The position numbers and the translations under genes were made by a program. Positions 13,236-26,579 of a stretch of DNA of 64,000 bases are shown here, piece by piece (positions within the stretch are counted from its first letter, which is position 1; the number at the start of each line of letters is the position of its first letter). The DNA is taken from contig NC_082708.1 of NCBI RefSeq assembly GCF_030144855.1, positions 128,774,001-128,838,000 of the forward strand. The letters run 5' to 3'. Below the pieces are notes generated by a model. That model had not been told where the DNA came from, ran no database searches, and saw only the letters and a list, made by a program, of their open reading frames with translations. The DNA is from Hypanus sabinus. Its lineage: Eukaryota.

Positions 13236-14629
13236 TCATATGGCTTGTTTACCAATGCCATATGACTTTGATAACAAAGTCATGGTGCTGACTGGCTCAG
13301 TGCAAAACAGTTTTGAATGTGGAGCCATCAAATTCCATATTGCTTCACTATATTTAAGTGAAGAGATGTCTGAAGGGAATATTTACTTGAAAACTGAAGG
13401 AAATGGATATTAACATTTGACAGTCATAACTAATGCCACTCATAGTGATCATAGAGTCAATACAGATAAAGGCCCCTTGGCCCAACAACTCCATACTGAT
13501 CAGAGTGCTCACCTAGCCACTCCCAATTTCCTGTCTTCAGCCCATGTCCCTCGAAGTTCTGCCCCTCCGTGTACCTATCCAAGTGCCTCTTGAATTATAT
13601 TATAGTACCTGTCCCAAACACTTACACTAATTTTTTTACTGGAACCAAGTTAATGGAGCGGTGGTCAATGACAGTAAAATACTGTATGGTTTTAAAATCA
13701 ATATCAACATATTTAATAATAATGAGTTGAGCCCAAACAGTGTATAAAATTAAATCACTACATGATTGAATTGGGTATACTAGTGGTTTTAAGTAGAGTT
13801 TATTGCACCATTCAATAATTACAAATTAGAGTAATGCTTTCAGTAATGACTGCTATTACAGTTCATTACTACATTATGAAGTGCATGCTGTGACAACACA
13901 TACTAAATGATTTATTATCAGATGTTTTTACTTTTCCCTTTAATATGGGGCCATTAGGAAATGTATGTTATATGTAGCAAGATATGTGATATATTCTGTA
14001 ATGAGAGGATTTATATATAACAATAAAGGAAATATATTTATGAGGTTTCCCTCTTAAAAACTGCAAACACATCTCTCCTGAAAAACATTCTATGGACGTA
14101 GGGAATGTAGAAAATTTTTACAAAGTAATTTGGTACACAAACTAAAGTAAATGTGTTGTTTAAATAATATGTTTGAAATGTAACAAAGTAGAAGTTGAAA
14201 TGAAGTGGATTATTACATTACAGGAAATGAATAGGACAAGTAATTTAATATGGTTATTCCTCTGTTTCTATTTGCATATCACTGGCTATATTTCAAAGCT
14301 CCAGAATGGGTAATCTGGTGACTGGAATCTCCAACAAGGGCATTTATTGGCATAATTGATGCTACTATCTGGAAATTGGTACCTCATCTTCTACTGAAGT
14401 ACAAGCAGAAACCACCAAATATTTGGGTGCTGAACTGAAATCTTAGCTCACTGCCATGACAGCCCAAGTTGCTGCTTTTCTGGCTACAGATGCCACTGTC
14501 TTGCAGCGATCCATTCTTCAACCGACTACAAGGAAATAAATCTTCCTGTAGACAGGGAATGGATTCATTGAGTACAGACCATGGTTCTCTTTCAGAATGA
14601 CACTGTTCATTCCCCTGTTTTTGCTATCC

Positions 14630-14727
14630 CATCAACCTCTGGGTGTTGCATGTCCTAACCCAGACTTCTGGCACTTCCGCTGAGAAAGCACCATCCAAAT
14701 CTAGTTCTCCAGGGTGTGCAGGTTCTC
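14630..14727 (-). pseudogene. Decayed TSP1 exon (second half)
   Basis: tag|g aga acc tgc aca gives RTCTPWRTRFGWCFLSGSA, frameshift, VRTCNTQR. Phase-compatible with the 15709 donor, although the acceptor tract is purine-rich. Confidence 0.55.
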
Positions 14728-14879
14728 CTAATATCTTTCCAGTTTTCTCTACAATTACTAAGGAAGCAAAACAGGGGCTACATGGCATGATTAGTGGCAT
14801 GCAATTTTCCTTGTTCCAATTTCAATTAAGTTTTGAATGTTTAATATGTTCAGTTTTATTTTCTCCCTAAAATACTAAG

Positions 14880-15380
14880 TAGAATGAAAAGGTCCCATTG
14901 ACAGCAGATCCTTGAAAGTAGGCTGTATGCCTGCTACGGTGCTAAAACTTCGCTGAAAAATTCACAAACTCATCTCCCACATCCAGGAAAAGGAGGAAAT
15001 TCTAGGGGCTATAATAATGACCATCTTCAAGGAAGGAGGCAAATCAGACTTGGACAACTGTAGAGTGATGTGCCTGCATTATACAGGGAAATCATTGCAA
15101 GAGTTCTCTTCAACCATTTCCTGTCCCTGAGCAAAGTGTTTCTCCATGACCTGCATGTAGATTCACTACATCAAAAGCCCCATAGCACATGTTATTCACA
15201 TGAAATCCTGAGAGAATCACTAAGAATAAAACCTGGTCTTTTGACACCTCATATCAGTTGATAGAGATTGCAGTGAATCTTTGTCATTTTCTCCACCTAC
15301 AAAAACTAATCTTCAATTACACATCCTACAATACGGCATGCAAGCCATGATCTGCGTTAAAAGGAGCAAAACAGACCCAA
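14880..15380 (+). mobile_element. Degenerate RTE-clade LINE RT fragment
   Basis: IIMTIFKEGGKSDLDNCRV and REIIARVLFNH resemble RTE 'TIFKKGDKSDCGNYRGISLL..GKIxARVL'. Confidence 0.6.
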
Positions 15381-15708
15381 GTTCAATGCTCCTGAGACCT
15401 GGGATCAATTCTGACTTCAGCTACTGCCCACAAAATGTTTGCATATTCGCTTAGTGACCAGTGGGTTTCTGCTGAATTGTTTGGTTTCTTGCCAAATCTC
15501 AAAGATTTGGTAGTAGGTGAATGACCTACTGAAAGTTACCCCTCTGTGTCAGTGAGATGATGATCATGTGGGAGAGAATACAGCAGGTTGCAGAACTGCA
15601 GAGAAATAAACCAAAAGAATGAATGATGCTGCTATGATTCCTCTGCTGGGAGGAAACATGAACCCAGTGACTTGAATGGCTTCCTTCCCTGCTGTAATAA
15701 GCAAATAC

Positions 15709-15790
15709 TGCCGCAGAGTTTTCAGGCCCCCACGCTCATCACAGAACACACAGACCAGAATGGAAGCTGAGCTATTCACAAAGAAGAAGA
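15709..15790 (-). pseudogene. Decayed TSP1 exon (first half)
   Basis: FWSVCSV, frameshift, GGLKTLR, then ca|gtattt donor. Confidence 0.55.
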
Positions 15791-16224
15791 GATAAATATG
15801 AGACACACTCTGCCAAGTAAAACAAGACTTTTCCAGAGCTGCTCAGAAAACATAGTCACCATTTTAACATCAGATTACCAAATGCGCTATCACATTTCCT
15901 ACATTAGCTTGAAATTTGCTGCATGTGTATTGCCTACACAATGTTACACTGTCTAGAATTGTTCATTTGCAAATAGTCCTTTTTATTCAAAAGCCCACAT
16001 TTGCATTGCCACAAATGCTCAATGCAGCAGTCAGAATGAGGTGCCACAGAATGACCTGTCATAGAACGAAGACGTTGACTAGTATAGCCAGAATAGTCAA
16101 AAGTGGCTTATGAATTGTACTACATACAGTCACAGACAACTCGATGCAATGAGGGGATGTGGCACTTATCCAAGCTGACATATATCTCTCAAATATTATG
16201 TGTCATGGTGTGAAGTTTCTATCC

Positions 16225-16480
16225 TTTTTATATTTAGAGATACAGCACAGTAACAGGCCCTTCCAGCCTAATGAATCTGTGCCACCCAATTACACCCATG
16301 TGCCAATTAACCTACTAACCCACAGGTCTTTGGAGTGTGGGAGGTAGCCATTGCAGCTGGAGGAAACCCATGTTGTCATGAGGAGAGTGTACAAACCCAT
16401 TACAGCCAGCCGTGGAATCGAGCCTGGGTTGCTGGCACCTCACAGCATGTACTAACTGCGACACCACTGTGTTGCCCCCT
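16225..16480 (-). mobile_element. V-SINE
   Basis: Same family as 7111-7370, reverse orientation. Confidence 0.7.
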
Positions 16481-17769
16481 GTGTCATCCTCTGGAAAAAA
16501 AATTGTTAATCATTCTGAGAGATAACTCTCTATGTGTTTTGACAGCCTTAGCCCTCATAGATTAGAAACAACACTCAGTAGAAATCAATCAGCTGTTAAT
16601 TCTTTTTGGGGAAGAGCTGATGAATTCCAACCACTTGCTCCATAAGGAATTCTGACCAAATACTAACATTAGCAATAACCCTGTGTTCCGTGTCAAATAT
16701 CCAGGTTAATTATTATTCTGAAATCCGTGGTTCACCTTAAAAAGACCGAACTTATTTTAACATGGAACACATGAATGGAAATTGAACTGTTCTGTTCATA
16801 ACAAAAATCCAGTTATGACATGAAGCCATACTCTGATATTAATAACTGACCATGAAAGTTTTAGTAAATTTGATTCAGACATCTATTTTCAAAGTGGATT
16901 ATGAACACAAGTGTTATCATAAAATGTGCGTCTGAACCCATTACTGCCTTTTATAAATTTATAAATAGAGTTTATGGAGTTGCTTTTAACATTCATACTA
17001 AAATATCGATAATTATACAATTTACACACTAGAATGTTTTCAGTCCTCATGCTCCATGGATGCTAAGCTGTTAGATCTGAATTTGTCTCAATTGAGTGTA
17101 GTTTTTTAAAATTGGTCAGATATGCTGCTTGTGGAATAACATTGATACTTTCATGAACCAGTTTTCCATCAATTTCATTCTAGAATTACTCTATTGATCT
17201 GGAATGAATGTCCATCAGGTTAACACAAGTCTTCTCTTGAGTACCTTATCAAGTACCTCTTCTATGTGTGGTTCTATTCCTCCAGTAACTGAATATGAAG
17301 ACAATATTTACTACTGTCATCCTTTGTGACTACTTCCAATATTTTCTATAAATCATCCAATTTTTAAACTGATTTTCTTCTCCAACATTGAAATATTTAT
17401 TGTAACTATTGACATCTGTTCAGTAATCCTTTCTGACTTGATCTACTTTTAAACCTATTTTTATTTTTCTTTCACTCTCTTTAAATTTCAATCTTTACTC
17501 TTTTCAATCAAAAATATTTTTCATGGTATTGGAGTGAACCATTTATTTCTGGGATTAATTCAGAGTCCATCCAGAGCTTTAATAAAATAATGTTTAGAAA
17601 TCAATATTGGTAAGTTGTAGCTTAACATAATCTTTACCTTAAATATCAATTTAGTACTCAGGTACACAATGATTTTTGTCAGTTTTCTAATATTCCAGTG
17701 ATTTTTTTTCTTGTGCTGTGTATATAATTGCATTTTCAGAACATTTGCATGACCTCAAAAGCCCTTAAA

Positions 17770-18150
17770 GAGTTATATGGAGTGAAGGAGGCTGAGCAAT
17801 GGCCTGGTGGCACATAATCAAAATCTTTTCTCCCATGATAGGGTGATCAAAAGCAAGAGGGTGTCATTTCAATGAAAGAAGTAGGAGATTTAAAGAGGAT
17901 ATTGGGTTAGATTTTTATACAGAAAGTTGTTGATATCTAGAATGTTCTCCCAGAGGAAGCGATAAAATCAAATATAATTACAAAGTTTAAGAGGCATTTA
18001 AACAAACAGTTAAGCAGGCAAGGCATAAAAGGTCTTAATATGGCTATTGGGATTCATGTATATAAGTAAATAAATCCAAATGCATATGGTGGTAAATAAT
18101 TTATTTCTGTGCTATACAACTCTATGAAACTATGATTCTATGACCCTATG
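17770..18150 (+). mobile_element. Old CR1 3' fragment
   Basis: Degenerate 3' ORF2 and ctatga-repeat tail. Confidence 0.6.
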
Positions 18151-18524
18151 AGCTGTCCACCACAAAACAGTCAGCTATAGTAAGAAAGAACTGGTCCAGC
18201 ATTTTAAGACTGGAAGACACTGTATTAATCTTCCCTACTTCATAAAGGCTTAGTATTGATTTTTTTTAATGTATTCATTTTTGGGATGTGGGAGTCGACA
18301 GCTAAGCCAGCATTTATTGCCCTAAAACGAACAAAAATCTTGCAAGTCCTGATGGGGTAGGTGCTTCCAAAGGCTGGAAGTTTAGATTCTTAAAATAATG
18401 GGACAGCCATTCAGATCAGAGGTGAGAAGGCACTTCTTTAGCCAGCATATGCAAAGTCTTTAGAATCCTAAAACTTTTAGCTGCCTTAGCATAGCAATTT
18501 GCTGTGGATTATCTATAAAACAAG

Positions 18525-19210
18525 AGGTTTGGCAGATGCTGAAAATCCTGGCGACACACACATAGTGCTGGAGGAATTAACAAGTCTGGCTGCATCTATG
18601 GGGAGAAATAAATAATCGATGTTTTGGGCCAAGGCTCTTCATGAGGACTGGAAAGGAAGGGAGGAAGCAGCAAGAACAAGAAGGTAGGGAGTGGAGGGGA
18701 AAGAGTTCAAGATGGAAAGTGATAGGTGAGACCAGGTGAGGAGGAAGGTGGGTAGGTGGGGAAGGAGAAAGGTGGGTTATGAACATCCATCTCTCTAACT
18801 TCCAGTAATTTCTCCTCCTCCTCCTTTTTCTTTTCCCTTTTCCTATCCTGGTTCTCCTCTTACTCATTCTTGTTTCCTACCCATCACCTCCCTCTGGTGT
18901 CCCTCCTCCCTTTTTCCCAGGCCCACTGAACTGTGCAATCAGATTCCCATTTCTTCAGCCCTTTTCTTCTTCCATCTATTACCTCCCAGCTTCTTACATC
19001 ATTCCCTTCACCCACCTTTGCCTCTCATCTGGTTTCACCTGTCACTTGCCAGTTTGCACTCCCGCCCTTCCCCTTACTTTCTAATTCTGGATCCTTCCCT
19101 CTTCCTTTGCAGTTCCAAAGAAGGGTTTCAGTCCAAAACATCAATTGTTTATTCCTCTCTATAGATGCTGCCTAACATGAGGAGTTCCTCTAGCACTTAG
19201 TGTATGTGGA
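18525..19210. mobile_element. Two Penelope-like 3' ends, head-to-head (minus 18525-18775, plus 18780-19210)
   Basis: Both carry the pyrimidine-rich tail, a decayed hammerhead-like segment and the gatgc(a/t)gcc..ttcctc(c/t)agca motif. Confidence 0.7.
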
Positions 19211-21639
19211 TTATTATGTCATAATTCTCAGTTCATGGTCACAGAAGTCAATAAAGCTCTCAATTCAAGAAAGAGGGGGTTAATTTCCTTTCTTTTATTT
19301 ATCAAATATGCTGATTCTATCACTTATCAGTGTGGAAAAATGCTAAAGAACAACTTCCAGAAAAACTGGGAGCTCAGTCGCTGATTTTATTCAATACAAT
19401 AACTGATAGACTTTTATACACTTAGGGATATGGGATTAGTGTAGGAAAGTAACACTGAAGAACAGCCATGATCTAATTAGACATGAGGTGCCAAATGGCC
19501 TAATATTACTTCTTTTTCCCATGTTCTTTTGACTGAACAAGAGGCATAATGAGCTAGAGATGGAACTCATTCATCCAGGCACAGAACTGCCACGTAGTTA
19601 AATCTAGTGCTACTCATTCTGACACAGTGGACAAGATCTTCAGAAGTGATCAATGTACTATCAGAGGTGGCAAGTAGGCATCTACAGTTACTTCCAAAAA
19701 TGTCATCATTCATTATTCAGAAAGAATCGTTTCTTGCATCTTCCTGCTGAGCTCAGTAGCCAAGTACTTAAATGCTAGTTGTCTACTAGGCGGTTCAGCT
19801 TCATTAATCTTCATGACGTATACCATGGGTTTAAAGAGGCCAAGGGCTTGCAATTAGTGAACCCTCTTGGTACTGAAAGGAAACTTCATCATGTCAGGTA
19901 GTTGCAATCAAAGAATTCTCCTAGTGCTGAAAGGATCCTTCATGAAGCTGGGTGCCGTTAATAAATATTTTTTCTTATTGATTCTGAAAAATTTTGAACT
20001 AATGTATCCTACAGAGAGAGATTTACTATGAAGGTAAGAAACTTCATATATACGGTTCCATTACCAACGTAGCAATCTGAAGGCATTGATTATTAGATGC
20101 TCTGTTCTCTTTTGATCAATCTCTCACAAAATGCACACAGTATGAAGAGTGAACTGGCCATTGTTTGGTGATGTCTGCTGCATTTGAAATATAAGCACTC
20201 AGAAATCGAGTGCACTGCAACTATGACACATTAGTGGTAGGAATTCATATCATTGTGCTGTTGAAGTGGATCATCAATTCACCTGCTTGGGGGTGGAGCC
20301 ATTTAGTGAAATATATAGAAACATGTAACCTTAGCAGCAGGTCCAAAGAGGACCATTTTACCATTCATTTGCATTCTCCACCTCCTACTCCTTCTTCTCT
20401 TCTTCTCCCTACCGGAGGTCTTCAGAAAAGATTTAAAACTTCAGGATGACAAGGTTGTGATGGTTGATTAAGGTAATAAAGTATCTTGCTTTTTCTCAAG
20501 AACTTTGGGAGGACTGCAGTCCTCACAAGCCTACTACCCCAATTCACATCTGTTTAAGAAGATGAGGTTTGATCGACGGGACATACAAGAGAGTAGATAT
20601 ACGCAGGTTGCAGGATACAAGTAACTGGGTAACTGTCAGGACTGGGAAAGAGGATTGGAAGACAGTGCAGAGTATCCCTATGGCCGTTCCCCTTAACAAC
20701 AGCTATGCCACTTTAGATACTGTTGGGGGGGGTTGTGGGAGTGACATCACAGAGGTCAGGTGTCTGACTCTGGGTCTGGCCCAGTGGCTCAGAGGAGAAG
20801 AGGAGAAGAGGTGAACTGTAGTGATAGAGGATTCACTGGTTATGCACCAGACAGGAGGTTTCCTTGGGTGAGAACAAGATTCTCCGATGGTAGATTGACT
20901 CACAGGTGCCAGGAGGCATCTCAGATCCAGTCCACAGCATAATTAAGTGGGAGGGTGAGCAGCCAGAAGTCATGGTCTACATCGGTACCAATGACATCGA
21001 TATGAAGGTCCTGCAAAGTAAGTTCAGGGAGTTAAGTGCAAAGTTAAAGAAGAGGACCTCCAGGGTTGTAATGTTAGGATTGCTACTCATGCCACTTTCT
21101 AGTGAGGCCAGAAACAGGAAGATCATACAATTAACATATATCTAGGGACATGGTGCATGAGGGAGGGCTTCAGATTTTTGGATCACTGGGCTCTCTTCCA
21201 GGGAAGGTGAAACCTTTACAGAAGTGAGGATTTTCACTTGAACTGGATGGGGACTAATATCCCTGCGGGAAGGTTTAATAGTGTGGAGGGGGGTGGGAAC
21301 TAGAGTGCCAGAGCAGATAGTGGAGTGGTTGTGGTGATAGATGTTGTTAAGCTTCCATACAAAGTCAGGAATCAAAATGTTGAGCATAGAGGGACTAATG
21401 TTCTGAGATGTATATACTTCAATGCAAGGTGGATGAGCTTGGGGAATTATGACATTGTAGCCATTAGTGAGACTTGGTTTCTGGAGGGACAGGACTGGCT
21501 GCTCAATGTTCCATGGTTCCATTGTCTTATACATGATAGAGTGTGAGGGAATAAAGGGGGAAGCTTGGTATTACTAGTCAGGAAATATGTCACAACAGTG
21601 CTCTAAAAGGACAGACTGGATAGCTTATCTACTATGGCT

Positions 21640-22682
21640 ACACACAGTAGATGCATGGAATTGACTTCCAGTCAAAATTGCATCTGCATACAATGCTCCT
21701 TTGGTCAACATCTTCTGGATAGATCATGAAACCATATATTTCACTTTTTCATGACTTTTACATTTGTTTTTCATCTTAGTTAAGATTTAAGAACTATTGA
21801 ACTCTGTAGTTTGCTATTTGGAGATCGTTTGGGTGTTCCAGCGCTCTGCAGTCTCAGAGAGGACTCAGGGAGGCCGAAGCAGTGTGCACAAACCTCTTGG
21901 TGGCCAGGCTGTGAGCCGATGCTCAACTCCATTTCACTGATTAAAGCTTTCATTCTTCATTAATCAATCAGGGAGATTGAAACATTGAGACAAATGTGGT
22001 TGCTTGGAGATTGCTTGGGTGCTTCAGCACTCTGCCATCTCCAAGAAGATCCTAGCAGACAGAGACAGCGTGCATGAACTTCATGGTGAGAAGACTGTGG
22101 GCCAAGGCATAAGCCATTGTTTGATTCCATTTTGCCAATTAAAGCTTCTATTGTTCTCCAATTAAAGTGACGTGGGGGTTTGAAACATCGAGGCGAGTAC
22201 AGAGGGTGAGAACCAACTGCTTGTCATTTCATTGCTTGGCAACAGGGAGGGAAAGTTCTGTCACTGGGCCTGGAGAGTGATGCCCAGGTTTTATGCGTTT
22301 TGGATGTGGACTTGGACTATAGACTTTTTCGCTCTTATAGAATTTTATATTTGTGTTTTTCGCTCAATCCTTCTTGTTTTTTTGTGTGAAGGGAGGGATT
22401 TGCCAGTCAATTTGCCTGTTTCATTTTTGTTTGTTTTTATTGTATTAGGAGGATGACTTGAGGATCAATGCACCAGTTCGATTTTTGTTCATTTTTTTCT
22501 GCAGGAGGAGAGATTTGGAGTTCGATGTGCCTGTTATGTTTTGGGGTTTTTTTTGTGCATGGAGGAAGATTTGGTGGATCGATGATTATGCTGCTTTTCT
22601 GTTCTTTCTTGGTTTCATAGCTACCCGGAGAAGAAGAAATTCTAGTTGGATGCTTTGATAATAAATGAACCTTTGAACTTTG
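21640..22682 (+). mobile_element. Non-coding retroposon-like insertion with internal duplications
   Basis: Interrupts the CR1 APE region; duplicated blocks ~21820-21990 and ~22010-22195; ends ataaatgaacctttgaactttg. Confidence 0.55.
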
Positions 22683-22783
22683 GGAATTGACCATGTTCAA
22701 GAGATTATATTATAGACCACACAACAGTCCATAGGATGCACAGAAGCAAATTTGTAGAGAGACCACAAAATGTTCCTAAAAAC

Positions 22784-24540
22784 ATAAGACTATAAGATCA
22801 TAAGATATAGGAGCAGAATTAGGCCATTTAACCCATTAAGTCTGCCCACCACTTCAACCTCTACCTTAAATATGCCTAATGACTGGCTCCACAGCTGCCC
22901 CAGTCCACAGATTCATCACTCTTTGGCTAAAGAAAGCCATCCCCATTTCCGTTCTAAAAGGACAACTTTCTATTCTGAGTCTGTGTCCTCTGGTCTTAAA
23001 CCTTCCACCATAGGAAGCATCCTCTCCACATCCACTCTAACAAGTCTTTTCACCATTCAATAGGTTTCAATGAGGCCACCCCTCATTTTTCTGAATTCTA
23101 GTGAATACAGGCCCAGAGCCATCAAATTTTCTTCACATGACAAGCCAGTGCTTAATAAAGTTTCAACATTACATCCTTGCTTTTATATTCTAGTCCTCTT
23201 GAAATGAATGCTAACATTGCATTTGTCTTCCTCACCACAGACTCAACCTTCAAATTAGCCTTTAGAGAATCCTGCATAAGGACTCCCAGATCCCTTTGAG
23301 CTTCAGATGTTTGTATTTTCTCTCCATCTAGAAAATAGTCAACCCTTTCATTTCTTTACCAAAGTGTATGACAATATACAGTTAGCACTGTATTCTAACT
23401 GCCTAAGTCCTTCTGTACCTTCTCTACTTCCTCAAGACTACCTGCCCCTCAACCTATCTTTGCAACATCTGCAAACTTTGCAACAAAGCTATCAATTTCA
23501 TCAACCAAATCATTGGCATATAATGTAAAAGCAATAGGTCCCAACACAGATCCCTATGGAACATCACAAGTCACTGGCAGCCAACCAGAAAAGGCTTCCT
23601 TTATTCCCACTCTTTGTTTCCTGGCAATCAGCCACTGCTTTATCCATGCTAGAATTTTTCCTGTAATACCATGGGCTTGTTGCTTGTAAGCAACCTCATA
23701 TGTGTCACCTTGTCAAAGGCCTGAAAATCCAAGTACACAACATCTACTGATTCTCCTTTCTCTGTCCTACTTGTTATTTCTTCAAAGAATTCCAACAGAT
23801 TTGTCAGGCAAGATTTTCCCTTGAGGAAACTATACTGACTACAGCATATTTGTGGTACCTCCAAGTACCACAAAGCCACATCCTTAACTATCAACTCCAA
23901 TCTCGTCCTGAATGCTGAGGTCAGACTAACTTATAATTTCTTTTGTTCTCTCTTTCTCCCTTCTTGAAGAGTGGAGTGACATTTTCACTTTTCCTGTCTT
24001 CCGAAACCATTCCAGAATCTAGTAATTCTTGAAAGATCATTACTAATGATCTTCAGCCACTTCTTTCAGAACTCTGGTCCAGGTGACTTACGGTATCTAG
24101 CTTCAAACCTTTCAGTTTTGCAAGAATCTTTTCTCTAGTAATGGTAACTTCACACATTTCATGACCCCCGGCACCAGGAACTTCCACCATACTGCTGGTG
24201 TCTTCCACAGTGAAGACTGATGCAATATACAAATTCAGTTTGTCAACCATTACATTGTCCCCCATTACTACCTCTCCAGCATTGTTTTACAGTGGTCTGA
24301 TATCCACTCTCACCTCTCTCTTACACTTTATGTGTCTGAAGAAACTTTTGGTATCCTCTTCAATATTATTGGCTAGCTCACTTTCACATTCCATCTTTTC
24401 CTTCCTAATGGCTTTTTAGCTGTCTTCCTTTGGTATTTCAAAGCTTCTCAATCTCACTTCCCACTAATTTTGCTCTATTAAATGTCCTCCCTTTGACTTT
24501 TCTGTTGGCTTTAGCTTCAAGGTCACAGTTGTGTCACCTT
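22784..24540 (-). mobile_element. CR1 LINE nested in opposite orientation
   Basis: KGKSCLTNLLEFFEEIT..VDVVYLDFQAFDKV; tail cataagac/cataagat at the left end. Confidence 0.9.
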
Positions 24541-26579
24541 GCTTAAGATTGTGATAGTAGGGGATTTTAACTTTCCACATATTGACAGGAACCTCCATAC
24601 TGTATAAGGTCTGGATGGGATAGAATTTTTGAAATGAGTTAAGGAAAGTTTCTGTCATCAGAAAGTGTTTAGAGGTCCCAACTAGAGAGAGTGATACTAT
24701 ATCTCCTATTAAGGAGTGAGACAGGGCAGGTGACAAAAGATTGTGTAAGGGAACACTTTGTATCTAGTGATCATAATGCCATTAGTTTCAAGATAATTAG
24801 AGAGAAGGATAGGTTTGGTCCTCAGTTTGAAATTCTAAATTGGAGAAAGACCAATGTTGATAGTATCAGAAGGGATCTGAAAAGAATCAATTGGGACCTG
24901 TTGCTTTCTGTCAAATTGGTACTTGGGAACTGAGAGAACTTGAATACCGTAGTGAAATTTTGGAAGTATAATGAGAGAGTCTTGTTAGAATAAAAGATGA
25001 GGATTACAGTTTCAGGGAAAATTGGTTATTGAGAGATATTGAGGTCCTGGTAAAGAAAAGGAGGTGCATAACAGCTATAGGGAGGAAGAAGCAAGTGAAG
25101 TACTTGAATATAAGAAATATAAGAGATCACTTAAGAAGGAACTCAAGAAGGCTAAAAGAAGCCATGAGGTTGCTCCAGCAAACAAGATGAAGGAGAATCA
25201 CAAGGAAAACTACAGATAAATTAAGAGCAAGAGAGTAGCAAGGGACAAAATTGAAGATTTGAGTGGTCATCTATGCATGGAGCCAAAAGAGATGAGGGAG
25301 ATCTTAATTGTTTTTTATATCTGTACTTACTCGGAAGTCAGACACATTATCTATATCAACAATCTGGTTGAGAAGTTGGTAATCTGGATCAGCAAATTTA
25401 TGGATGACACCTAGATTGGTGGTATAGTGTTCAGTGAGCAAGACTATCAAAGCTTGCAGTAGGATTTGGACTAGCTGGGAAAATGAGCCAAAAAAATAGC
25501 AGTGGAATATTTTGCAGACAAGTATGATATGTTGCACTTTGGAAGGACATAACAGAGTAGGATTTTCCCAAAGAGTATAGGGCACTGAAGAGTGCAGTAG
25601 GACAGTGGGAAGTGGGAATATGGATCCATAATTCCTTGAAGCTAGCATCAAAGGTAGATAGGATCATAAAGAAAACTTCTGGTACATTGGCCTTCATAAA
25701 TCAATATATTGAGTACAGGTATTGGGATGTTATATTGACGTTGTATAAGACATTGGAGAGACCTAACTTGGACTATTGTGTGCAGTTTTGGTCACTACCT
25801 ACAGGAAAGATTGAGCAACTGCTGAGAAAATTTACAAAGATGTTGCCAAGATGTTAGGACCTGAGTTATAGGAAGAGTTTGAATAGGCTAGGACCTTATT
25901 TCAAGAGCATAGGAAATTGTGGGGAGATTTGATAGTGATACAAAATTATAAGGGGCATAGAAAGGGAAAGTGCAAGCAGGTTTTTTCCACTAGGTTGGGT
26001 GAGTCTAGAACTAAAGGTCTTGGCTTAAGGATGAAAGAGGAACTGCTTAAGGGGAATATGAGGGGGAACCTCTTCACTTGGAGGGTGGCAAGAGTGTGGA
26101 ACATGCTTCCAACACAAATGGTGGATGCAGGTTCAATTTCAACATTTAACACAAATTTACATAGGTGCATGGATGGTATGGGGATGGAGTTCTGTACAGT
26201 TCCTACACTACCTACACTACCTCAATACCTAGGTAGTTCCTGTAGGTACAGGTCACTGGAACAAAGCCGATTAATAGTTTGACATGGACTACGTGGTCCG
26301 TGGGGTCTGTTTCTCTACTATAGTGTTCTATGCCTCTATGAAACAATGTCCCTTTTACATGAGTAGAGAACATCATTGAGTTCCTTGGCGCACCAATCTA
26401 TTATAAACTGGGGTGTATGGCCTAGATGAATTGCCCCTATCTAGAGCATTTAAATGGCTACGAAAGTCAGACAACCAGTGCTATTCATTTCTAAATGAAG
26501 AGATCTGCTGCTAACGTTAAGGGCTGTATGCTCTTCAGGAATAAGGTCCCTCCTCTTTTCTATGTATATCTGACTTAAC

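Larger units (their letters stand above)
20500..26340 (+). mobile_element. Near full-length degenerate CR1 LINE (ORF1 esterase, APE, 3' end) with two nested insertions and an RT-core deletion
   Basis: ORF1 EQPEVMVYIGTNDI; APE IYFNAR..DIVAISETW; resumes KIVIVGDFNFP at 24541 and SDHNAISF; 3' LYKTLERPNLDYCVQFWS. Confidence 0.85.
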
